A DNA stretch of 46,183 nucleotides, the filler included, from Jimgerdemannia flammicorona (Eukaryota), in NCBI GenBank assembly GCA_003990765.1. It is 2 parts of 2 records of this genome, joined end to end, with 100 filler letters (N's around TTAATTAATTAA, not from the genome) between each part and the next. Parts side by side here need not be neighbours in the genome. Positions count along the whole stretch, not along the records: positions 1 to 23,046 come from RBNJ01001166.1; positions 23,147 to 46,183 come from RBNJ01001167.1. One strand, 5' to 3'. Below, piece by piece: positions 12,364-23,157 of the stretch. The notes below the pieces were generated by a model, which saw nothing but the letters and a program-made list of their open reading frames with translations, searched no databases and had not been told where the DNA came from. Numbering within the stretch: the stretch's first letter is position 1; every line of letters starts with the position of its first letter. The translations under genes and the position numbers were made by a program.

Positions 12364-13253
12364 TAAAACCGAGCCATTGTCCGATACATAATCCGGTCGA
12401 GAATCTTGGCGGCCTGGTAGTTCCCATTTCTCATGCATATAACGCGCCGTGCACGACTCGCGTTTCACATATATACACACACACACGTGTCAAGCTTTGC
12501 GGTACAGGATGGTAAGGCACGTGTTCTGGGAATTGTAATCAACGGGTCCTGAAAAGCCAACCTACATAAGCCGAATGGTTCTGTCCCTCGAGACCCTTAA
12601 TTTTAGTTAGGGAAAATTGTATAAATAGTGAATGTTTGCTGATGATAATAAAGCTCCATTGGAATTCTGCAAGACAGAAGAATCCACGATTTTTCAGGCT
12701 TGACGACTGGCAAAGGCGTCGCGATTGATCCTACTTTTTCAGTTAAATCCCCGTCTTCCTCCGATAACCCGTACCCTCTATTAACTGCCACCCGTATATG
12801 TATAAACTATAAGTGATAATCAATTGGATGAGTATATGTTTGTATGTGTATTTGGGCGAATGCGTGCATGAGGAATATTTCTATCTCGAATGCGTTGCAT
12901 CAGTCAGTTCGAAGAACCCGACATACGTAAGGTGTACGAAACAGGGAGGTGGGTGGGAGTGAAAACCCGTATGAAGGCGATTGAGCGTAAGGGGAAGAAG
13001 ACAAGATGTTGGTCGTCGAACGACACACAAGAGGTCCGCAAGCTGAACGGTTCTACGCACCCTCAAGGGGACGTAGCCTGTAGCATTTGTCAGAGAGGCA
13101 GAAAAAGGCTGTATAAATAGGATAGGGTACAGAAGTAATAAAGCTATTTGAAGATTTTCTATCGGATTCAGGCAAGAACGTATAATCAGAGGAATCCACG
13201 TATAATAGGCCAATTTCATGCTTTACTTAGCTAATTAGATCCGACGTTTTCAG

Positions 13254-16200
13254 GTTACAGTATTAGCGACACGCTTGAAACAAGGTATATACCGATTTCG
13301 TGCCTGATTGCCTGATCACAAGCCGGGTTCGACTCGAAAAGGACGGACCTGGTGGCTACGGCGAGGGGTCGTCAAACTGGGAACACATCTACACCCACAC
13401 CCACTCTCACACACACACAAACATGCTAATATACTTGTCAAGGGATAACAACGGTGATCACCCCAAAGAAATCAGAGTCCGCGTCAAGGTTTCCGCGGCC
13501 GATGATGACCCGGCTGAGCTCGTTGAAAGCCATTCCTTCAACTTTCAAGAAATCCACGAGGGTCGATCTATCGCCGTCGATGTCTTCAAGTCAAAAACCA
13601 ACTCGCGGGATCTCAGAAAATACGGCAAAAAATTGTTCTGGGCCCTCTTTTCGAAAAACGAGTTCAGTTCCGCCGGCGCCTGCTGCAGGATATATTATCA
13701 CTTCGCTCAAAGGGTCGGATCCGGCTCGAACTCAACAGCGGCCACGACCTCGACGTCATCCCCTGGGAGTATGCGTGTGGAAACAATGCATATCTGACCA
13801 GTCAATGTATGTTCGTACGCCAAAGGTTCCAGCGCGGCGGGGAAGAGAGAGACGCGAAAAGGTTAGATAAACCGAAGGGGCCTCAGCCATCAAAACTTCC
13901 GCCACTTCCGTCACTTCCGCTACGCATTGTCACCGTCATACCAGACCCAATTGTCCTGCCGAACGATCCCAACGCAAGGCAATTTCCGGATCTGCATCTG
14001 AGCGATCAGTTTCAGACATTATGTGATGCATATGAGAAAACAATCGAACGGTATTACTGCAGCGTGTGTTCCCGCCGACCGTCGATCAAATGTACGAGTT
14101 GCTTAGGGACATGCCTGAGACGGGCACCGTGCTTCATTTTATGGGGCACTGCGGCTCGCAGAACAATGGTGCGAGGGCACTCATCTTTGAAGATAAAGAC
14201 ACAGGAAGTCTCGACTTCGCTGACGCGTTGCGCCTTGAAATGACCATGAATCTGCGGCTGGCCTTCTTGTCAGCCTGTGTTACTCGCCATGTCGCCCGAG
14301 ACTTGGCCGATAACGGCATCCCATACACCATTGGTTCACACTGTCCCCTGCCGGACGACCTCGCCCGCAAGTTCGAGTCCAAATTCTACATGTGCCTTGC
14401 AGGCGGCGGCACCGTCGAAAAGGCGATGTTGGAGGCGCGCGCCTCCATGAAAGAACCAAAAGATACCCGTCAATGCTACTACTTCCCTGGTGCCATGGTG
14501 CTCTACTCGTCCACGTTTCGGGAAGAGGATGGCGCATTCAAGTGCGGAGAGGAAAACCCACGATAGAAGTTGATATGCCCCCTCACGACCTCGAAGAGAT
14601 CTCCTTCACACGGTTTTTTTTGCGGACGCAAGGAGGAGCTTATCGAGACAACCCGCGTTTTGAGACGTATGGCGGAGAGAGGGACACAGACCTATCCCAT
14701 GTATACCATTGAAGGTATTGCCGGTCAGGGCAAGACGGCGTTGGCTGAGAAGGACGTCAGGCGGATAGCGCATCTCTTCCCCAGTGGGATCTTTGCTTGG
14801 CGATTCGATCATTCGCACGAGATATCGGTCATCAAATATCTCCAGGGACCATGTTCCAGGAAAATGTCGGCAATGACTTTCACACGTTGGAGCAGACCAT
14901 CATCATGAAATTCCGAGCCCATTCGACGAGGTTGTTGATCCGATATCTTGAAGTGCGCGCAAGTCAGAGACGATGAAGACGCTGTGATATTGGTAAATTG
15001 GCTTCGGAAGGTTATGTTGATACCGGGGATTCCAGTAAGAATTCATGCGACATCGCACCAGCGGCTAATGTGGACAGCAGAGGAAGACGTGATGACTCTC
15101 GACGGTTTTACTGGCTTGGACTTTGACAGTGGTGTTGAATTGTTCATTCGAAATCTTGACGCTCAAGTGAGGCAGAGGATGGCGAAGGAGGCAAATTCCA
15201 CGCAGTTGCTGCACGATCTCGTCAGGCTTGTAGACGGGCATCCATTGTGTTTGGAATTCCTTGGCCATGCCACCAGAAAACCACAACATCAGAGTGCGTC
15301 ACTTAAGGAACTCGTTCGTGAAAACTTCAGCACAATGCTCGCGGAAGGCTCGTTTGGTAGTAGAAACCTCGAATCCCGTTTCCGACCGACGATCGACGAG
15401 CTTCGAACTCAACACCGCCTGCTACTTTGTATGTGTTCTCTCTTCACCGGACCGGTCACAGAAAGGATGCTAGCGTTCATACATCATTTTGTCGAATTCA
15501 ATTGTTCCCCGGAAGAAAAGGTCGATTGTAGTATTGAGAACCTGCAGAAACTATGCGATATTAAGTTATTGACGAAAAGAGATGATGAATACAAGATCCA
15601 CGGCGCTCTTAGGGAAGGTATGAGACAGTATAATTCTGTGATGAAACTACAACTTTGTTTCCCGATAGTTGGCGTAAGTACAAGGAATGTCGACAATGTC
15701 ATAATATTGTACACCATAAGCCCCGTTCTTCACTTCACTACGGATGCTTCGCAGTTGCCACTCGAACACCATGGAAAAATTGTAGAGCAGGACCAAATGA
15801 CAGCATTTCAGCTGTATTACTCACCATGTGGATATGCCTTGGCAACACCGATTATAAACGTGTCATCATAAGCGGCCACAAACTCGAAAGGGACGGTGTG
15901 CAGCAGCAAATGTTATTTGGTGGATTGATTGTGTTCAGACGTAATACGTCCAAAATTCTCCATACCAGCTTTCCTGAGTTCTGCAGGTAACACATCATAC
16001 CGATTGTGACAGAAATGAAATCGCCGTTCATTCTGTGTTTGCATCGTGACGATGCCCATCTCGTCAAACGGTCTACTACAAATGCTGAACAGAATATAGG
16101 CCTGATGAAGAAAGCCATGGAAACTTTACAATCTGGTTTGGGGAAGACGCACGTTATAAATAGGACAGAACCTCCCCCAAGTGAGTTTTTAGTTTCTTCA

Positions 16201-16966
16201 ACTCCCCGAGCAACGATTGCTGGAAACAATGCAAACTCACAATACCATAATCGATCTGTTTATTTGAATACACAAACTGATGGACATTATCTGTGGAGAA
16301 GGGCGGCCCTCAAATACTTTGTTAGGTAAGCAAAAATTTGGTATAATAATGTGGACAGGAGGAACTAATAGGAATCGTTCATTGACAAAAATGCTTTCCA
16401 TTCACCAAACCAAAGTCGGCGATGAGAACCAACCGGCAATGGAAGTAGATTTTGGCAATGTCAGCACATTTGGAGAATTTGTTGGGCATCAGCAAGAGCT
16501 CCAAAAATTGAGAGAACTACTGATTGACGAAAGAATTCGCTATATAACCATTCGCGGTTTCGGCGGGATGGGAAAAACGGCATTGGCAATCCAAGCAGTC
16601 AAGAACTTCAACTCTGGCGGAGTGCTGGTAATATCTCTGGTTGGAAACCCGAGTTCGGATTCAGTAATCTCGACGATTGCTGGATTTCTCAACATCAACA
16701 TCGAAATGTCTCGAGATCCTAAGATTCGACAAAATGTTGTGAAGACCAAGTTATCAATTGGAGGGCCGATGTTGTTTTTATCTCGACAATATGGAGGATT
16801 TCAAACATGCAACCGAAAAGGAAGACTCAGCGACAAAAAAGGATGCAATGTCTTTGATGAGATTTTTCCACCTAATACCCAAAAACCTCAAAATTCTTGC
16901 AACACCACGAATCGCGCTCAATTGGCCTAATGAACAATTTGTCAAGTTGAATGGCTTAGCACCACA
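13254..16966 (+). pseudogene. NLR-like pseudogene: CHAT (caspase-like C14 clan) protease plus two tandem STAND (NB-ARC-like) NTPase modules; frameshifted and 3'-truncated
   Basis: Stitching frames gives YGKKLFWALF..RIRLEL..LDVIPWEY, VLHFMGHC (14132-14149) and LAFLSAC (14261-14278), the CHAT His/Cys dyad. NTPase 1: FCGRKEEL, GIAGQGKT (14714-14737), ATSH, GHPL, KIHGALR. NTPase 2: FVGHQQEL, GFGGMGKT (16556-16579), LFYLDNMED, ILATPR, VKLNGL. Frame changes near 13673, 14050, 14555, 14615, 14850, 14945 and 16780. The 5' end is uncertain (possible exon 13254-13284, possibly from 12890). Confidence 0.85.
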
Positions 16967-17134
16967 TGTGATTCTGGGCAAGTGGTAGGCATGTAGCGCT
17001 GGTCTCTTTGTCAGCAAGAGTATATAGAACAATTGGGGCATCGTCATCGAATTTCGCTTTCTTAAGTGGTGGTTCATAGCTGTCGGCCATGGTTGAAGGT
17101 TCTGAGGATTGAGAACAACCACCACCAAAATTTC

Positions 17135-20120
17135 AAGTAAAAAGGATGGGGCTAGCCCATGGGCTGGTAGAGGGTCAGATGACTCTAATGTCCAAGAGTT
17201 TCTGAATGTGTTCTTTCTCAAATATCTTTAGGTGATAGAGTATTCTATAGGGTTTCTGCCAGATGGATGTTGTATTTTCTGTATTTATACTGTAGTGGTA
17301 TGATGGATTATATGGCAGATTATCATAATCTATAGTAAAGTATCTCAAAATTTATAAAGAAGTTCTACTAGTTACTACTACTGCTAAGATATCAGTTCTT
17401 CTTTAATATTGATAGAAGGTTTTATTTTCTCCTAAGTCACAGAGACCTTTCCTTTCCTGAGACCTTTTGACATTTTCTGATAGATTTAGTTTATAGACTT
17501 CTCTGTATATCTAATTGAGATAGGATACTAAATGGCCTATGATAGTTCCTTTTGGCAAGATGAGGCTGTCTCAGCTTTGGTTAGTTGCTTGAGAATATAT
17601 CTGGTTCATTTTGTCAAGAAATATATATCCTTCTATATCAAGGTTCTTGAGGTCTTTATTTGGTTCAAAGAAAAAGTTTCTGAGATCTGATAGTGTAAAG
17701 ATTTTGAAGATAGTCTGCTCTTCTGATTCCAGGATGAGGTTCTTGAGAAGTTTGACTGATTGGTAGTATACTTATTAGAGTATATTCTTTTTAAAGTAAT
17801 TGACTTAAAGGAGAGATATCTTCTTTATATCTGAACTTCTAAATCTTCTAGTCTGTCTTATATCTTGGATCAGTTCCAAGACCTTCTATAGTTAGAGAGT
17901 CTCAACTTTTATAAAAAATACTTGAGAGACTTTTTCTTCTCTATAGATTTAGATCTATTCAGTACTGTTATTTCTTAAGATAATCTTAATTTTACCTATA
18001 TATCCAGGATCTATAGTTTCTTCTTCTATAGTAATATCTTATTTTATAAGTCCAGATCTTGAGGTTAGTTGAGGTGACTGCATAGTAAGTCTTATACTAA
18101 GAAGTACAGTATTTTCAGTATTGATAGTTTTATCTCAGAGATTATAAAGATTATTATCTATATCTTTCTTATAGACTTTTGTTAGAGATCTGGCTTCAGA
18201 GTATAGTAAGATATACTATATAATATATTTGCTAGGTGTAGGTTGTTCTTGAGCTGATGTTTTTATAGTTATGAGTCTTTAAGCTCTAATATTAAGATAT
18301 AACACTCTGGCTCTAGTAGAGAAATCTTGGAGATAGTTGATTCCTCTCTTTCCAGTAGAGTTTAGGGCTTCCATAAAATTGATAACATCTTTTATCTATC
18401 TTTGGTAAGTTGTATATCTAGTGAGAGCTAGAATATTATCTTCTAGATTATAGATCTTAAGAGTTTTTTTATAGGTCTCTTGACTCAGTCTTTTCAAATT
18501 CTGGCTCTATTATCTTCTCTCTTGAGTATATATATTAGAATATCTTAACTAAGATATATTTTCTCATATTGGTAGATTTGACAACTTGGGTATTTTCTAT
18601 AGTAATAGTGTCTAATTACTTAAAAATACTATTTTTAGTTATCAACTTCTCACTGTTCTGAGAATTAGTAGCCATCTGTATTATAGATAAAAGAAGAGTA
18701 ATTAAGGACTATACTTCTGTGCAGATGAAGTATCTTCTTTTATAAGATCATTTTATCAGTATTGTAGTTATTTTCTGAAATATAATTATCTATATAGTAA
18801 TTATTGAAGATACTGATTAAGAGTGTCTTTGTCTTTCTTATTGATCTAATAGATAGCACTAATATCAGTAATCTCAGAGAGAGTGAAAGATCATTTGATA
18901 CTGATATCTTTCTATTCAAAAGACTCTTTTTTAGTTTCTTATCTTGAAATAATAGTAACTATACTTGATCCTTTTTCAGTATTCAGAAATTATCATCTTC
19001 TGATAGTATTTAGTATAAGTCATCTTAAGAGATCTGCTCAGAGAGTTCTTCTAGTTCAGAAATATCTTTATCTACTTTTCTTATTCTCAGATTACTTATA
19101 CTTTTATAGTCTCGACTATAGAGTCTAATATCTTCTATAAGTGGTTATATTTCTTCTTTCTCTTTCTATATTTAGAGTATACTATACTAGGGAAGTTTCT
19201 GGTCTGATAATCTTGGAGAAATATCTAGGATACTTATATCTTTTAAGATAAGTAGTTTATTCTTTAATTTATTCTGCAATAATACTAATTATAATAGAGA
19301 TAGTATTTTGAGCTTATATATTATCTTCTGGTCTATCATCTACTAGATTGATTTGTAGATAAAGCCTGGAGTCATTTGTATCTTCAGATTTCTTCTCTTT
19401 CTCTATAGTAGATTCTTTACTATTAGCTTACTCTTCCTAGATAATAACATTCTTCTTCTTCTTAGATTACTTATAACTGATAATCTTAATTTGATACTTC
19501 TTTTCTCTATAGTCAAATTTGAGTACTTATTGTCTAATATTAATAACTATATTTATTTTATTCATCTAATTAATATCAAGAATTATGTATATTATAATTG
19601 ACAGCCTTAGTAATAATAGTCTTTGAGATAAAGAACTAGATATATCTAAAAATAATAGTAATATTTTATACTTCTCCTAAGAGTTGAGTTCAGACTCTAT
19701 CTGCTATTATAATGCTAAGAATGAACAGTCTATCAATGAGTCACTAAAGTGTATTTAGAAATCTTTTAGTAATAATATAGATATATATACTAATGAGGGT
19801 TTTTGTCTTCTGTTCTCCAATATCTTTATATAAATATATACTAATATATCTTTCTATAGCCTAGATAGTAGATAGTACTAGTTCTTATTGTGAGATTAGA
19901 ACTCAGTCAGTGTTGGATCTAGTAGTTCTCAGTAATTTATTTCAAACTTTAGTAGATATTAACTGTAAGAATTATAAGAGAAGAACTTCTATATTAATGT
20001 TTTAGATCTTCTTTCAGGCTTTATTATAAATATCATAGAGTATGATCTTTGAAATATACTTCTTTCTAAGTTTTGAGATTGTAAACTCTTATTCTTTCTG
20101 CTCTATTTCTTTATCTTTAG
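17135..20120 (-). mobile_element. Truncated, heavily mutated Ty3/Gypsy fragment (protease, dUTPase, start of RT)
   Basis: Minus strand: protease C-terminal remnant TQLLGEV..near 19500-19750; dUTPase remnant TSRSGL..EETIDPGYIGKIKIILRN..EKVSQ..RQTRRFRSSD (about 17830-18200); RT N-terminus EHIQKLLDIRVI*PSTSPWASPILF ending about 17137. Confidence 0.8.
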
Positions 20121-20130
20121 AGAGAGGGGG

Positions 20131-21119
20131 GTTTTTTTTTTTTTTTTTTTTTTTTTTTAGTGTTGTTTTTTTTTTTTTTTTTTTAATTTTTTTTAACAAA
20201 CTCAAATCCCATAGATTTTTATTAAAAGAGAACCTAGACTATATAGATCAAAACTCTCTCTCACTCCTACCTCAAGAACTATATCTCTATAAACTTAGAC
20301 TAGCTATTGTCTAACAGCTTAACTATATTAAGTATAGCAGAACTTATATTAGTCTATATCTCATTCTGTATACTATGCTCTTTCTACTATTAGGAGAAAA
20401 GTAATTATATGCTCATGACTGAATATATATACTCAAAACTCTAATATATATATAAGACTATATTTAAGTCAATTTGTATAGCCTCTATTATCTCAAATAG
20501 AGTAATTAGCAAAAAAAAACCCATCTAAAAAATACAAAATAAAAGGTAAAATCTGGAACTTATATATGAGATAAGAGGAGACTCACAATACTCTATTACT
20601 CAAGTCTGTAGGCCTCAATTATATTACTATATCAGCTCTTAGTTCTAGTTAAATATAGTCAAAATATCTAATCTAGGTAGCTTCAGATTCTCTAATAACT
20701 CTCAATAACTGAAGTCTAATCTTACATATTACCAAGAGCTACTGAGGGTGATATCTATTACCTAACTACTCTATACTAATCAGAAGATCCTACTCATATA
20801 GTATCTATATTAGCTTTAATAACTGTCATTAGTCTGATACACTGGTTCATCATAATTGTCCTTTCTTTTATCTATAATAGTCATTTCTCTTCTTATCTTG
20901 ACTCTATCAAAAAAACGATCACTATATTAGAACTATACTTACTAGAAAGCTTATCAAACTCAGAGAGCTCTACTATAGATACTAGAGATCTACAGATAAT
21001 CTACATATACTGATACTTGATAACTAAGGTTGGCTGACTCAGTATATAGTCCATAATATATCAAGATGATATCTTATTGATAATAGTAAAAAAAAAAAAT
21101 ACTACACCAAAATAGGTAT
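20131..21119 (-). mobile_element. LINE 3' fragment with poly(A) tail (family B, same as 41720-42918)
   Basis: Poly-T at 20132-20194 followed by AACAAACTCAAA..., colinear with 41745-42700. Cut off at the LTR starting at 21120. Confidence 0.75.
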
Positions 21120-22860
21120 TGTAACAGACCAAAATATACTACCTGAATTATAACTTAGCCAGATGATGTGAATAATTAGCATACTTACTCAGCATGATGT
21201 GACTTCTAGTATATCATAGTTACCTATACCTGCCACACTTATAATTAGCCAAGACATTAGATCAGGATTGTTTACCTATATCTTGAGGATACACTCATGT
21301 CCTATGGACACACTCATGTCCTACAGACACACTCATGTCCTGCAGACACATTCATGTCCTGTGGATACACCTGTACCCAAAGGACACACCCAAATATTAC
21401 CAGAAGTGGTAAATCTATAGTTAGCCATATAGTAACCAGATAGCAACCAACTTGTATAAATTACCCCAGAGACAAGAGTGAATAAACCTCAGTCTGAATT
21501 GAAGTGCAAACCAAAGAAGCCTCTAAAGATTGAGCATTGGTCTCCTTATTCTACTCCGGTCCACTTTCTGATACAAAGATTGATTGGTATGCTTGCCAGA
21601 CTAAACCTGAAGATTTGCTGCTAAAGTTCAAGGAAGAACTTCACTGCTTTTTGAAGAATCCATGTTTTTGATGCCATTCTTGCCACAAGCCAGTCTTTCT
21701 AATATAACTTTGCAGTAGAGCCAGTCTATGACATAACCCCATGCAAACAAAGTCAGTCTTTGATGTAACTTGCCAAGAATCCTAGTTAATTCCCAGTTAA
21801 AACTGCTGATTCAGGAGAATTCACATCATCTGCCATTTCCAAGTTATTCGCTGTATTCCCAGTTGAAGCTGCCAATTCAGAAAGAATCTGTGCCATCATA
21901 TTCCCAGAAGAACTCTATTTGTGCTATCTGAGTAGTACTCCCAATTGAAGCTAAACCCACAACATCTGAGTTGATTATTTCCAGTGAGCCCAAGTTATCA
22001 AGTTATCCACTGCCAGTACAATTCCTAGTGAACCCACACTCAAATCGAGTTATCTGCTAAATTATCAGAATGTCCCACATAAGGAACCTATTGCACTACA
22101 TAAGATCGTTACACAGAAATCGCATAAGGAGAACTGCTAAATTGCCAGACTATCACATAAAGAGATCATCACACTATATAGAAATCACCCACTATTCAAA
22201 AAGGAAACCACTCATACTATACATAAATTCTACCATTCTCAGTTGATCTAAGAAGGAAACCCATTCATACACACAAATCGCCGCTATACTCAGAGAACTG
22301 TCCCAATTAGGAAATTGACATACATACAAACTACTCGCAGATATCTAGCTTAACTATTATACTGCTAAACACCAAGAATCTCAGGAATCTTAGAACATTT
22401 TATTACTTTTTGACAAAGTAACTGGAGGCTCAAGCCAAACTACATCAACCCCCAATCTTGTAATTTGCCTCCATTGAGCCGGCATATTATATTTGGGGGC
22501 TCAACTAGGAAGATTTTAAAATTAACATGACTTTTCAGCTCACAAGAACTCATAGTCAAACTGGATACATTTGATACAATACTAACCTCTGCTACTATAG
22601 GAGAACCAGTTATCACCAGCATCTGGACAGGAAGAGAAGTAATCACTTTAAGACTTGCCAATTACCCAGTATCAGAAGGATTCCAACTAGAACCAGAAGG
22701 CAGTACAGCTCAAAATCCCCAACCAGATCAACCAGACAATACAGACAGCCTTGCTAGAGATTTTGGAGAGCTCACACAAGAACTAGAAGACCTTATCACA
22801 TGGACCCAATACTTTACAGCCAGACACCCCACACCAGTCTCACCAATCTCACCAATAGAA

Positions 22861-22865
<5 letters not shown>
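21120..22865 (+). mobile_element. 5' LTR (21120-22491), tRNA-Pro-like PBS and start of gag of another LTR retrotransposon
   Basis: Starts TGTAAC and ends ATTATA (transition-mutated GTTACA). Followed by TGGGGGCTCAACTAGGAA (22494-22511), resembling the tRNA-Pro PBS TGGGGGCTCGTCCGGGAT. A decayed reading frame from ATG at about 22527 is interrupted by poly-T at 22866. Confidence 0.7.
21287..21391. repeat. 19-bp minisatellite (about 5 units) inside the LTR
   Basis: Units of GGACACACTCATGTCCTAT-type sequence, head to tail with no spacers. Confidence 0.9.
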
Positions 22866-22906
<41 letters not shown>

Positions 22907-23035
22907 GTCGCTTGGACTGCCCTTTATTACCGATCTATTCTATATAGTTACAACGATCCCCCCCCCTATCCAATCCCCCTAGGGGGTCCCTCCCCCCCTA
23001 CCCCTTCCCTGTGAAAGACCTCTCTTTCGAATTTT
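22866..23035 (-). mobile_element. LINE 3' end with poly(A) tail (family A, related to 1-1790), relatively young
   Basis: About 38 T followed by a C-rich tract (CCTATCCAATCCCCCTAGGGGGTCCCTCCCCCCCTACCCCTTCCCT) similar to bases 20-57. Retains several CpGs. Confidence 0.6.
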
Positions 23036-23046
23036 TTTTTTTTTTT

Positions 23047-23146
23047 NNNNNNNNNNNNNNNNNNNNNNNNNNNNNNNNNNNNNNNNNNNNTTAATTAATT
23101 AANNNNNNNNNNNNNNNNNNNNNNNNNNNNNNNNNNNNNNNNNNNN
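23047..23146. other. Assembly gap with artificial linker N44-TTAATTAATTAA-N44
   Basis: A symmetric 100-nt block whose central 12-mer gives stops in all six frames. True adjacency of the two sides is not guaranteed. Confidence 0.95.
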
Positions 23147-23157
23147 TTTTTTAATAA

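Noticed and set aside
13660..16790. Programmed frameshifting or RNA editing restoring the CHAT-STAND gene
   Set aside because: Too many shifts in both directions, no consistent slippery motif, an apparently damaged Walker B, and 3' truncation.
3870..17135. Bacterial contaminant or endosymbiont contig
   Set aside because: Nine canonical spliceosomal introns in the receptor gene and long non-coding intergenic regions.
21287..21391. Palindromic repeats as a CRISPR array
   Set aside because: No unique spacers, no cas genes, and a eukaryotic LTR context. The same applies to the 35-bp units at 31450-31600.
22494..22511. tRNA gene
   Set aside because: Only an 18-nt complement of a tRNA 3' end next to an LTR, i.e. 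a primer-binding site.
23091..23102. TTAATTAATTAA palindrome as a biological site (e.g. piggyBac TTAA)
   Set aside because: It is centred in a symmetric N-gap and has the form of an artificial six-frame stop linker.
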